Shown: piece after piece, positions 28,901 through 37,408 of the stretch
Position numbering within the stretch: the stretch's first letter is position 1
How the letters are laid out: each line of letters begins with the position of its first letter
Source: Patescibacteria group bacterium
GTDB taxonomy: Bacteria; Patescibacteriota; Patescibacteriia; PEXW01
Direction of reading: 5' to 3'
Assembly: GCA_038063455.1 (NCBI GenBank)
Contig: JBBTVB010000001.1
Coordinates: 13,719 to 77,718 of the forward strand
Length of the DNA: 64,000 nucleotides
Translations under genes and position numbers: made by a program
The notes under the pieces: model-generated
The model's input: only the letters and a program-made list of their open reading frames with translations
The model's database searches: none
Told to the model about the DNA's origin: nothing

Positions 28901-28972
28901 AAAATTGAGCTAGCCGATTGTAACACGGCCTTTAGGACATGCCAAGGTCGCTAGTGTTGTATACTGTAACGT

Positions 28973-29326
28973 ATGCAACACATTCAAGGAAGCAAGGCAG
29001 AATGGACGCACAAGCCAGGGTATAGCAAAAAAGTCTTGGCGACTCCGGAAGTGCTAAAGGCGCCTGGCCTTTTGGTGCAGGAACTTTCGATTGCTCCAGG
29101 GCAAGTGGCCGCGAGCCACTACCACAAGCAGCAAGTGGAAATTTTTTACTTCCTCAATACCGCTGGGGAATTTTGGGTAAACGGCGAAAAGATCCCACTG
29201 GCAGCCGGGGATATTCTCATCGTCGAACCCAATGACAAACACGAAGTTCGGAATACCAGCAATGAGCCGTACCGGTATGTAGCGTTCAAGTATAATTGGG
29301 TAGACGACGATTACTTTGAGGGCTAA
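28973..29326 (+). CDS. cupin-domain protein
   Basis: Two cupin motifs (G..AASHYHKQQVEIFYF...G and GDILIVEPNDKHEVRN). TATACT lies 7 nt before the ATG. Confidence 0.8.
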   Translation: MQHIQGSKAEWTHKPGYSKKVLATPEVLKAPGLLVQELSIAPGQVAASHYHKQQVEIFYFLNTAGEFWVNGEKIPLAAGDILIVEPNDKHEVRNTSNEPYRYVAFKYNWVDDDYFEG

Positions 29327-30915
29327 GGTGCAATGCGTACCAGCTGGAAATCTGGCGAGCTCAGCAGTAGGGTGCCAGGGAATGGCACGATTCCGTTTTG
29401 AATTTTTTCTAAAACCAGACCGCTGGTTGGTTGCAGGCCTTCAATGTGCACCAGCGTGGTCCCGGGTTCATTGCCCAGGTAGTAGCGAATAGTTGGTTCA
29501 TGGTGCACGTAGATATTCTGTATGTACAAGGTTTCCGGCTGTTCGGCCTGGAGGATTTTTCGCGTGGCGGGTAAGAGCGGTTCGCCTCGCTGCAGCATAA
29601 GTTCAGCCCGTTGCCCCGCCAGTGCGAGCGTGCCCACCCAGAGGAGTACGGCCATGGGTATTACTCGCCAGAGTAGTCGGGATTTACGGTAGTGCGCAAC
29701 AATAGTTAGCGCCACAGTCAACAGGCCTATACCCAGGGCGGTAAGCCACCGTCCGCTCTGGCCATCCAGCCCAGCAACATAGGCTTGGGGCACCAGCCAA
29801 TGGGTCAGGCCGTCATCGGGCACCATGCTCGGCAGCCGCCGCACGAATGCGACCACGCCCCACCCAATGAGCGCCACGGTCGTCCAGCGCAACGGCCAGG
29901 CAAACCAGCGCGTGAGCCACATTCCCATGACGAGTGCAAGAATCGGGTAGAGGGGTAGGAGATACCATGAGCTTTTGGTTGCGTTCACCGAGAGCAGGAT
30001 GATTCCGCTGGCGAGGTATATTAGGAAGAAGGTTAGCAGTTGGTCGCGTTTTTTTAAGGCCCGGCCGATTGCCCAGACGCTGGCTGGCAGGGCAAAGGCG
30101 GCAAAGGGGAAGAAGCGCTGAATAAAAACTTTCCAGTACCAGCCTGGTCCGGCCGAGAAGCCGTACAAGTTTGTTGAAGATCGTTCCACTACATCGTTGC
30201 TAATAGTGGTTTGTATAAATGTAAAGCCCCGAAGCAGCAACTGACTCACGATCCAGGGCGCGATAATTATTAGCCCTACACTAATGGACTGTAACCAAAT
30301 TTTTTTTGAGTATGTATTAAAGCCTCGTGTAAAAATGAGGTGGAGCAAGATTGGGATGCCGGCAAATGCAATGGCCGTAAATTTTGTAATAAAACCTAGT
30401 CCCAGCGCAGCCGCGACTAAGAGTAACCAGCGCGGCTTTGACCAACTCTTCCAGTAGGCCCACAGGCTAAGGACCGTAAAGAAGGTTAGCAACCCATCAG
30501 TCTCGCCAGTGCGGAAGGCGTGGCCAAAAAGGTATTTTCCCGAAAGAAAAACCATCACAGTCAACCAGATCGTTGAATGCTTTTTACTCATCTGCCATGC
30601 CCACAGTCCTATTAGTAACGTGGTCAGCGTGCCGGCAAGTGCAGACCAGAAGCGAATGGAGAACTCGTTTTCACCAAGCACGGCAGTTGCCACACCGCCC
30701 AACCAAAAACGCAGGGGCGGTTTCCAATAGTACGGCTCGTGGTTCCAGGTGAGCTCCAGCCAGTTACCGGATTCGACCATTTCGTGCGTCACTTGCGCGT
30801 GGATCGCCTCATCCCATTTTTCCAGCGGGTTGGTGCCCAAGCTCCAGAAGAACATGACGCTGGCAAGCACGGCAAGAGCAATGAACGACAGGAGTACGGA
30901 ACGAGGCGGAATCAT
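29323..30915 (-). CDS. ArnT/PMT-family (GT39/GT83-like) membrane glycosyltransferase
   Basis: Polytopic protein with N-terminal EKWDEAIHAQVTHEMVESGNW...YYWKPPLRFW typical of this family. Confidence 0.85.
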   Translation of the reverse strand: MIPPRSVLLSFIALAVLASVMFFWSLGTNPLEKWDEAIHAQVTHEMVESGNWLELTWNHEPYYWKPPLRFWLGGVATAVLGENEFSIRFWSALAGTLTTLLIGLWAWQMSKKHSTIWLTVMVFLSGKYLFGHAFRTGETDGLLTFFTVLSLWAYWKSWSKPRWLLLVAAALGLGFITKFTAIAFAGIPILLHLIFTRGFNTYSKKIWLQSISVGLIIIAPWIVSQLLLRGFTFIQTTISNDVVERSSTNLYGFSAGPGWYWKVFIQRFFPFAAFALPASVWAIGRALKKRDQLLTFFLIYLASGIILLSVNATKSSWYLLPLYPILALVMGMWLTRWFAWPLRWTTVALIGWGVVAFVRRLPSMVPDDGLTHWLVPQAYVAGLDGQSGRWLTALGIGLLTVALTIVAHYRKSRLLWRVIPMAVLLWVGTLALAGQRAELMLQRGEPLLPATRKILQAEQPETLYIQNIYVHHEPTIRYYLGNEPGTTLVHIEGLQPTSGLVLEKIQNGIVPFPGTLLLSSPDFQLVRIAP

Positions 30916-30954
30916 GTAGGCAGGATAGCTGTAGAGCTGTAGAGGCGTAAAGCT
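30916..30954 (-). promoter_or_regulatory. conserved 39-nt start-proximal module upstream of the arnT-like gene
   Basis: Minus strand reads AGCTTTACGCCTCTACAGCTCTACAGCTATCCTGCCTAC-ATG. Confidence 0.5.
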
Positions 30955-31063
30955 ATAGACATAAAACCAAGCGCAGCCTTCGCCTCCGCTTGGTACGCTG
31001 TCTATTAAAACTAAACGAGCGCACCCACGGAGAGGCGCGCTCGGGCTATATAGCTTTAATGGC

Positions 31064-31408
31064 TTAGCCTTTTGCCTTGGTTACAATCGCCTTGAATACT
31101 TCCGGGTGGAATTCGGCCAAGTGAGCTAGAATCTTGCGGTCCAGCTGGATATTTGCTTTCTTCAGGGCGTTGATAAGCTTGGAATAGGTTGTCTCATTCA
31201 AGCGGGCAGCAGCATTAATCTTAATCTGCCACAGGCTGCGGGCGTCGCGCTTCTTCAAGCGGCGGTGGATGTAGGCATAGCGGCCGGCTTTGCGGACGGC
31301 AACCTTAGCTAGCTTGACGCTGGACTTGCGCTTCCAACGATAGCCCTTGGCCCGCTCGAGAAGGTTTTTACGGTGTTTAATGTGGCTGGTACCTCGTTTG
31401 ACGCGCAT
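31064..31408 (-). CDS. rplT: 50S ribosomal protein L20
   Basis: MRVKRGTSHIKHRKNLLERAKGYRW... Confidence 0.97.
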   Translation of the reverse strand: MRVKRGTSHIKHRKNLLERAKGYRWKRKSSVKLAKVAVRKAGRYAYIHRRLKKRDARSLWQIKINAAARLNETTYSKLINALKKANIQLDRKILAHLAEFHPEVFKAIVTKAKG

Positions 31409-31411
31409 AGG

Positions 31412-31621
31412 TTAGGCAAATGGCGTGAGCTGCTTGATAGCGCGCACGTTGGTGGGGTGAGCTTCCTTGTCTTTCCGCTTTCCGCGAGTAATATTTCCAG
31501 ATTCTCGGGCATTAAAATGGTCTTGCCCCGCTGCACGGCGCATGATCTTTTGGCTGCCCTTTTTGGCGCCGGAGCGCCGAAAACGTTTGGCCGTTGCTTT
31601 GTGGGTCTTTACTTTCGGCAT
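31412..31621 (-). CDS. rpmI: 50S ribosomal protein L35
   Basis: MPKVKTHKATAKRFRRSG... Start at Met 31621 rather than the ORF-track start at 31678. Confidence 0.93.
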   Translation of the reverse strand: MPKVKTHKATAKRFRRSGAKKGSQKIMRRAAGQDHFNARESGNITRGKRKDKEAHPTNVRAIKQLTPFA

Positions 31622-31758
31622 AGTTTGTAGACTGTACCCGGTTTTGCCTTTGGCGTCAAGGGATGCAGATCCCGCCAAGGGGGCCTCAACTCTAAACTGT
31701 CGGCGGGATGATGCTTCGCTTAAACTTTATCATGAGGAATTGCTATTTCCGCGAAGCA

Positions 31759-32271
31759 TCACTTCTTCTTCCGGATAAGCACGCTCAAACGGCCGCCCAT
31801 GGCCGAAACGGGGGAGTCGACTACCACGCCCTCGCCCAGGCTGGCAATGAAGTCGGACAGGATTTTTTTGGCCAAATCCATGCGGGCGCGTTCACGGCCT
31901 CGCAGAATCATTTCCAGCTTCACCCGGTCGCCATGTTCGAAGAATTTCAAGCTTTGGTCGCGGCGCATGTCCAGGTCGTGCGCGCCGATTTTTAGGGACA
32001 GGCGGATACCCTTAATTTCGGACACTTTCACTTTGGCCTTCTGCTTGCGCTCGGCTTTTTCTTGCTGGTAGAGGTACGAACCCCAGTCAATGATTTTGCA
32101 AATGGGCGGGTTGGCCCGCGGGTTCACTTCGACCAGGTCGAGTTCTTGCTCTTTGGCCAGCGCAAGAGCCTGCTCGGTAGGCATTTTGCCAACGAACTTG
32201 CCATCCGCATCAATAATTTGCACCTCGGGTAAGCGAATCTGAAGGTTGATGCGGAAACGTTTGGTACTTAT
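31759..32271 (-). CDS. infC: translation initiation factor IF-3 (non-AUG start, probably ATA at 32271)
   Basis: The open frame continues upstream of the ORF-track GTG as (I)STKRFRINLQIRLPEVQIIDADGK, the conserved IF-3 N-terminus. The only start candidates there are ATA, ATC and ATT. Confidence 0.88.
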   Translation of the reverse strand: MSTKRFRINLQIRLPEVQIIDADGKFVGKMPTEQALALAKEQELDLVEVNPRANPPICKIIDWGSYLYQQEKAERKQKAKVKVSEIKGIRLSLKIGAHDLDMRRDQSLKFFEHGDRVKLEMILRGRERARMDLAKKILSDFIASLGEGVVVDSPVSAMGGRLSVLIRKKK

Positions 32272-32316
32272 ACGCGTGAGGAGTTAGGAAACGAGATGGG
32301 AGTAGTATAGCAGAAT

Positions 32317-32586
32317 TTACTTGCTTTCCAGGGTGTCTTTCAGGATGGTACGGAGGGCGATTTTACCTTTCGTGGTTTTGAAGTACGCCTCGCGCCGTCG
32401 GGCTTCTGGAGCAGTTAGGAAGCCTTCAAAGAAGATGAGTTTGAATGGACGACGGTTTGCCGTCGAAATATTCTGGCCGGCGTTGTGTGCTTTTAGGCGT
32501 TTCTCAAGGTCTCCCGTGGAACCGATGTAGAGTTTTCGATCCTTGAGGCTTTGGAGCGCGTAGACGTAATGAAAGTCCGTAATCAT
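32317..32586 (-). CDS. GIY-YIG nuclease superfamily protein
   Basis: YVYALQS...KLYIGSTGDLEKRLKAHNAG. Confidence 0.85.
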   Translation of the reverse strand: MITDFHYVYALQSLKDRKLYIGSTGDLEKRLKAHNAGQNISTANRRPFKLIFFEGFLTAPEARRREAYFKTTKGKIALRTILKDTLESK

Positions 32587-32604
32587 CTATACATTATAAC
32601 CGAA

Positions 32605-32908
32605 GTGCCCCACACCAGTCGCTTCTCGCCTGACGGCGAGGCTCCGGTGCAGGGCATGAACCACTCGTCACACTTTCATGGCTTGGTCATTTATAAGAGG
32701 TTGGTACTTCTTAAAGATGGCCTGCCATGAACCCGAGCGAAGCGTGGGCGACTTTGGAAATTTGCCCCGAACCACTCGCTACTCCGCTTTCGCGGAGGCT
32801 CGGGTTCAGGGCATGCCCCAGTCGCTAGAAGCTTTTCTTATAGAAAGGCTTGTTAGCAGGTGGCCTGCCATGCACCGGAGTCCGAGCGAAGCTCGGGCGA
32901 CTGGTGCA
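32605..32908. repeat. diverged tandem duplication (about 150 bp unit) of palindromic elements abutting the tmRNA 3' end
   Basis: GCCCCACACCAGTCGC.../GCCCCGAACCACTCGC... at 32607 and 32764. TGGCCTGCCATG.ACC.GAG..CGAGCGAAGC..GGGCGACT at 32719 and 32860. A related palindrome lies at 61304-61345. Confidence 0.75.
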
Positions 32909-33312
32909 TGGTGGAGATGAGGGGTCTTGCACCCCTGTCTAGAATGCGGCGGGCAGGTGGTCTACAGGTGTAGGGCGTTCACGGGTGTTTCGATTGTGCC
33001 GCATGGAGCGCCCAAGCCCGGCAGAATCTAGTGGAAGTAATTTTCGGTTGCGTTGTTACCACCCCCGCGCAACCTACGCCTGGAATATAACACTCGCGAT
33101 TCCCGCGCCAGGTCGCGGGGCGAATGGGCTATCGGTTTTTAAGCGAACGCCGGAGCAAAGCTGGGAACTGTGAACGCGTTAGCGAACGCAGTCTTCACCT
33201 TGCTGACAATGCTATTGGCAGTTGTCGAGTTGTCCAGCAGTTTTACGCCGTGCCGAACGCGGGCGACCCGCACACCAACCGTAATGCAATCTATCAACTT
33301 CTGAACATCCCC
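32909..33312 (-). ncRNA. ssrA: tmRNA (ssrA)
   Basis: 5' GGGGATG pairs with 3' CATCTCC-A-CCA (G3:U70). T-arm-like GGGGTGCAAGACCCC. Internal tag frame 33219..33139 reads ANSIVSKVKTAFANAFTVPSFAPAFA*. Adjacent to smpB. Confidence 0.85.
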
Positions 33313-33405
33313 GTGGAGACTAGGGCTAGTCCTAGGCTCAACGGGACTTTTCAGTATTGGCCAGCAAGCTGGCCCGCTACCTGTAGTGGCAGAGCTTGCT
33401 CTGCT

Positions 33406-33858
33406 TTAACCCTTTTGCCGCATCGCGCGGGCAACGTCACGCGACACTTCTCGTTTTTTAATCGATGCTCGTTTATCATGTGCTTTTTTCCCACGCGCTA
33501 GGCCAATGCTCACTTTTACCAAGCCGCGGTGGGTAAAGAATTTTAGCGGGATAAGCGTGCAGCCCGCGCTGTGCATTTTTCCAATGAGCGTAGAAATCTC
33601 TGAGCGCTTCATCAGCAAGTGTCGGTCGCGCTCAGGATTGTAACCGACTTGGACAGTAGCTGCGGGTTTGTACGGCGCAATGTAGGCGTGGACAAGCCAC
33701 AGCGATCTTTCCCGCAAACTCACGTATGCGCCCTGCAGGTTCATATTGCCAGTTTTGGCTGACTTTACTTCCGGCCCGGTAAGGACAATGCCAGCATCGT
33801 ACGTTTCTAGTACGTCGTAGTTAAAGGTCGCTTTTTTGTTGCGGGCCAGTTGAGGCAT
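33406..33858 (-). CDS. smpB: SsrA-binding protein SmpB
   Basis: NKKATFNYDVLETYDAGIVLTGPEVKS... Confidence 0.95.
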   Translation of the reverse strand: MPQLARNKKATFNYDVLETYDAGIVLTGPEVKSAKTGNMNLQGAYVSLRERSLWLVHAYIAPYKPAATVQVGYNPERDRHLLMKRSEISTLIGKMHSAGCTLIPLKFFTHRGLVKVSIGLARGKKAHDKRASIKKREVSRDVARAMRQKG

Positions 33859-33897
33859 AGGAGAAGGGTAGCTGGAGAGCTATAGAGCCGTAAAGCT
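33859..33897 (-). promoter_or_regulatory. conserved 39-nt start-proximal module upstream of smpB
   Basis: Minus strand reads AGCTTTACGGCTCTATAGCTCTCCAGCTACCCTTCTCCT-ATG. Confidence 0.5.
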
Positions 33898-33990
33898 CGC
33901 CTCGCTCCGCGAGTCGGAGCGGGCCGTAGCGTAGAAAAAATGAGGCCCGCGTCCGGTAAAGGATAGCGGGCCAAGGTTGGGGTGCATGGT

Positions 33991-34410
33991 TTAGACACAT
34001 GCAGGTAGACGTTCCGGCAGGAGCCCACTGGTTAGCGGGTGATGGCGCAACACAGCCTCGAAGTCATCATCGGTCTGGGCACCGAATGCCAGTCCCAGGA
34101 CTTGAAGTGCTTCGGAGCACATGTACATTTCGCTCGTTGGGTTGCCAATTACTTGGCAACGTTGCTTGATTGCCCGGGCTATGGCCCTGCCAATGGCGAC
34201 AGCGTTATTTGAACGTACCGGCATAAAGCTCGGCGGCAAATCGGTTGCCGCAAGCAGCCTTGTAAATGCCATACTCATGCGCCCAGAGTCGCTCACAAGC
34301 GCCTTACGAAGAGCTTCTGGAATTTCATTCATCTTGACCTCAAAACGGATCTCTTCAAGAAGCGCGTGAATGATTGCGGCAAAGAATGGACTAGAGTTCG
34401 AAGCCTTCAA
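33991..34410 (-). CDS. hypothetical protein (139 aa)
   Basis: GAGGAGG lies 7 nt upstream of a TTG start at 34410; helical; no family recognised. Confidence 0.6.
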   Translation of the reverse strand: MKASNSSPFFAAIIHALLEEIRFEVKMNEIPEALRKALVSDSGRMSMAFTRLLAATDLPPSFMPVRSNNAVAIGRAIARAIKQRCQVIGNPTSEMYMCSEALQVLGLAFGAQTDDDFEAVLRHHPLTSGLLPERLPACV

Positions 34411-34515
34411 AGTACTACCTCCTCAAGGTTTGATTTTCGGTCTGTTTTAAGGTGCTTTCTACCGACATCAAATATTACAAGAGTGAGCGTATTTTGTCAA
34501 TGCTATACTTTAGCC

Positions 34516-36138
34516 ATGAACATTCGTACTGAACTGCAGGAGTTGATAGCCAAGGTTGCCGGAATGCCGCAGCCGAAAATTGAACGCACACCGCGCCCGG
34601 AGTTTGGCGACTACGCTACCAACGTCGCCTTAGGCGTGGCGCAAAAGCAAGATGCCTTGCCGCGCGACGTGGCCCAGCAGTTGAGTTTGCGACTAGCGGC
34701 AACGAAGGCAGAGTGTATTCAAAAGGTGGATGTGGCTGGTCCAGGGTTCATCAACATTACCTTGAGCGACAAGTGGTTAGTTGCCCAGGCCAAAGGCCTG
34801 CAAAAGTCTGCGGCATCACTAAGCAAGTCAACAGCGTTCAAGGGCCAACACGCGCACTTAGAATTCATTTCGGCTAACCCCACTGGACCCCTCACGTTGG
34901 CTAATGCCCGCGGCGGCTTTTTGGGCGATATACTGGGGAACGTCCTGCAGCGGGTCGGCTACAAAGTCTATCGCGAGTATTACGTGAATGACCGGGGCAA
35001 CCAGATTAACGTGCTGGCCGAGTCGGTGCTGCGCCGGTACTTCCAGCAACAGGGGATTACCATTGATTACCCAGAGACGTGTTACCAAGGCGTGTACATC
35101 GAAGAGTTGGCCCGCAAGTTAAAGCTGCCGAATTATAAAATGACCGACGTGGCTAAACTCGCCGAGATCCGCGACAAGATTAAAGACAAGGTCGTTGCCA
35201 CGATGCTCAAAGAAATTCAACGCGTGGTTACGAAGGTTATGGGCATCCAGTTTGATAATTGGCTCTCGGAAAAGGCGCTGGTTGCCTCGGGCGTGCTGGA
35301 CAAACTTCTAGCCCAGCTCAAAGCGCACAACATGGTCTACGAGAAAGACGGTGCGACCTGGCTGGCAACCACAAAGTATGGTGACGACAAAGATCGCGTG
35401 CTCGTCAAAGCCGATGGCGAAATGACCTATTTCCTGCCCGACATCGCCAACCACTGGTTGAAATTTACGAAGCATAAGGCAAACATCGGCATTAACATCC
35501 TTGGCCCTGACCACCATGGCTATACCGGCCGTATGCGGGCTGCACTTGCAGGTTTGAATATCGACCCAAAACGCTTCTCCCCACTTATTTTTCAAATTGT
35601 GAGGGCGATTAAAGACGGCCAGGAGCTACGAATGTCAAAACGCCGGGGAACTTACGTAGAAATTGAAGAAATTGTTCAGGACGTTGGCTTGGATGCCGCC
35701 CGGTTTTTCTTTTTGATGTATGACACGACCACACCCCTAGATTTCAATTTGGATCTGGCCAAGGAGCGGAGCGAGAAAAATCCGGTGTACTATATCCAGT
35801 ATGCGCACGCCCGGCTGTGTAGCATTTTGGCCAAGGTGAAGAAACTACCCGCCGCAAAACAGCGGCTTGATGTATTGCACCCCGCCAGCCGAAAGCTTAT
35901 ACTGGAATTCCTTCACTGGCCGGAAGTACTGGAAGATGTCAGTCGCGACTACGGTGCGCAACGGATTCCGCAGTACGCCTTGCACCTGGCCCGTACATTC
36001 CATGAGTTTTACACCCAGGTCCGCGTGATTGATAATGACAAGGTCCAGGCATTGCCACTCGCGCTGGTTCGCGCTACAAAGAATGTACTGGCAGACGTGC
36101 TGGCAACCATGGGAATAAGCGCGCCAACAAAAATGTGA
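34516..36138 (+). CDS. argS: arginine--tRNA ligase
   Basis: Class I aaRS HIGH-type SANPTGPLTLANARGG and MSKRRG (KMSK), plus a DALR anticodon-binding tail. TGcTATACT lies 6 nt before the ATG. Confidence 0.95.
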   Translation: MNIRTELQELIAKVAGMPQPKIERTPRPEFGDYATNVALGVAQKQDALPRDVAQQLSLRLAATKAECIQKVDVAGPGFINITLSDKWLVAQAKGLQKSAASLSKSTAFKGQHAHLEFISANPTGPLTLANARGGFLGDILGNVLQRVGYKVYREYYVNDRGNQINVLAESVLRRYFQQQGITIDYPETCYQGVYIEELARKLKLPNYKMTDVAKLAEIRDKIKDKVVATMLKEIQRVVTKVMGIQFDNWLSEKALVASGVLDKLLAQLKAHNMVYEKDGATWLATTKYGDDKDRVLVKADGEMTYFLPDIANHWLKFTKHKANIGINILGPDHHGYTGRMRAALAGLNIDPKRFSPLIFQIVRAIKDGQELRMSKRRGTYVEIEEIVQDVGLDAARFFFLMYDTTTPLDFNLDLAKERSEKNPVYYIQYAHARLCSILAKVKKLPAAKQRLDVLHPASRKLILEFLHWPEVLEDVSRDYGAQRIPQYALHLARTFHEFYTQVRVIDNDKVQALPLALVRATKNVLADVLATMGISAPTKM

Positions 36139-36233
36139 AACTTCGGAGCAAAGTACATTATTCAAAATCACGGCAGGTCGAAGTTTCATCCCGCCTTGGC
36201 GGGATCCCTCAACTCGCAGCTCATCCGATAACT

Positions 36234-37379
36234 ATGCGCATCGGTATCGACTGCAGAACTATCCTCAATCCACACTCTGGCGAACGTGCCGGCGTGGGCC
36301 ACTACGTGCATGGCTTGGTGAACGCGCTCATCCGGCAGAACCCCAAGGACGAATTCGTCCTATATTTTGATTACCGCACGCCAGATATGGGCATGTTTAG
36401 CCGGCCCAACGTGAAGGTGAAGCACTTTCCCTTCTCGCAGTACGGCAAGTACTTATCGTTTGGGTACTCGCACATGCTCATTACTGCCTACTTGCTGAAA
36501 GAAGGGTTGGATGTGCTGCACATCCCGGCCGGGTCCATTCCGCTGACGTACCCGAAAAAGGTGGTGTACACCATGCACGACGTGGCAATTTTCAAACACC
36601 CCGAGTGGTTCCCGTCATCTTTTGTTTCGCGCAACGTGCTGGTGCCGCAAACCCTGCGCAAAGCCGACGCTATTATTGCCGTGTCGGGCAGTACGGCAAA
36701 AGACCTCAAGCAGTTATTCAACATCAATGCCAAAAAGATTACGACCATTCACCACGGCTTCGACGTGCAGAAAATTCCGCTCAAGCGCCGCGCTACCGAA
36801 ACGTTGGCCAAGTTCAAATTGCCGAAGCAGTACTTCCTGTTCGTCGGCACGCTAGAGCCGCGCAAAAACGTCGAAAACCTAATGCGCGCCTTCAAACAGC
36901 TGCAAGAAAAAACCCCGGCTGCCAAAGATGTGGTGCTAGTGCTAGCTGGCCAGTACGGCTACCACTCCGAACAGATCATGCAGGAGATGCTCGACTTAGG
37001 GCTTAAACGGAGTATCCGCTACCTTGGGTATGTTAGCCACAACGAAAAGTTAGAACTTATCAAGCACGCTACGGCCTTTACCTTCCCCACGCTGTACGAA
37101 GGGTTTGGCTTGCCCGTGCTGGAAGCGCTCGCTTTGGGCGTACCGGTTATCACCAGTAATAACTCTTCGTTGCCAGAAATTACCGGTAAGGCTGCAATCC
37201 TGGTTGACCCGAAGAACGTCAACGACATTGCCCGCGCCATGCGCGACATTTTGACCAAGCCCGCAACCGTGCAGCGCCTGCAAGCAGCCGGGCCCAAGCA
37301 AGCGCTGTCGTTCTCTTGGGACACCTGCGCGCAAGAAACCATGAAGGTGTACCGCAAAGTGGTGGGGAAGAGGGCGTAG
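36234..37379 (+). CDS. glycosyltransferase family 4 (GT-B fold)
   Basis: MRIGIDCR... with a C-terminal EGFGLPVLEALALGVPVITSN motif. Confidence 0.88.
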   Translation: MRIGIDCRTILNPHSGERAGVGHYVHGLVNALIRQNPKDEFVLYFDYRTPDMGMFSRPNVKVKHFPFSQYGKYLSFGYSHMLITAYLLKEGLDVLHIPAGSIPLTYPKKVVYTMHDVAIFKHPEWFPSSFVSRNVLVPQTLRKADAIIAVSGSTAKDLKQLFNINAKKITTIHHGFDVQKIPLKRRATETLAKFKLPKQYFLFVGTLEPRKNVENLMRAFKQLQEKTPAAKDVVLVLAGQYGYHSEQIMQEMLDLGLKRSIRYLGYVSHNEKLELIKHATAFTFPTLYEGFGLPVLEALALGVPVITSNNSSLPEITGKAAILVDPKNVNDIARAMRDILTKPATVQRLQAAGPKQALSFSWDTCAQETMKVYRKVVGKRA

Positions 37380-37399
37380 GGGCGAAGCTTGCTTCGCCC
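37376..37399 (+). repeat. REP element (GTAG + hairpin) left of the RAYT gene
   Basis: GTAGGGGCGAAGCTTGCTTCGCCC; overlaps the GT4 stop codon. Confidence 0.7.
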
Positions 37400-37408
37400 A
37401 GACTATCG

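Noticed and set aside
28279-28913. Plus-strand ORFs of 74-120 aa across the tRNA-Asp repeat region.
   Set aside because: They are translations of the antisense of tRNA sequence and its repeats (for example ADPKGIEPSIFSVT). No start signals are present.
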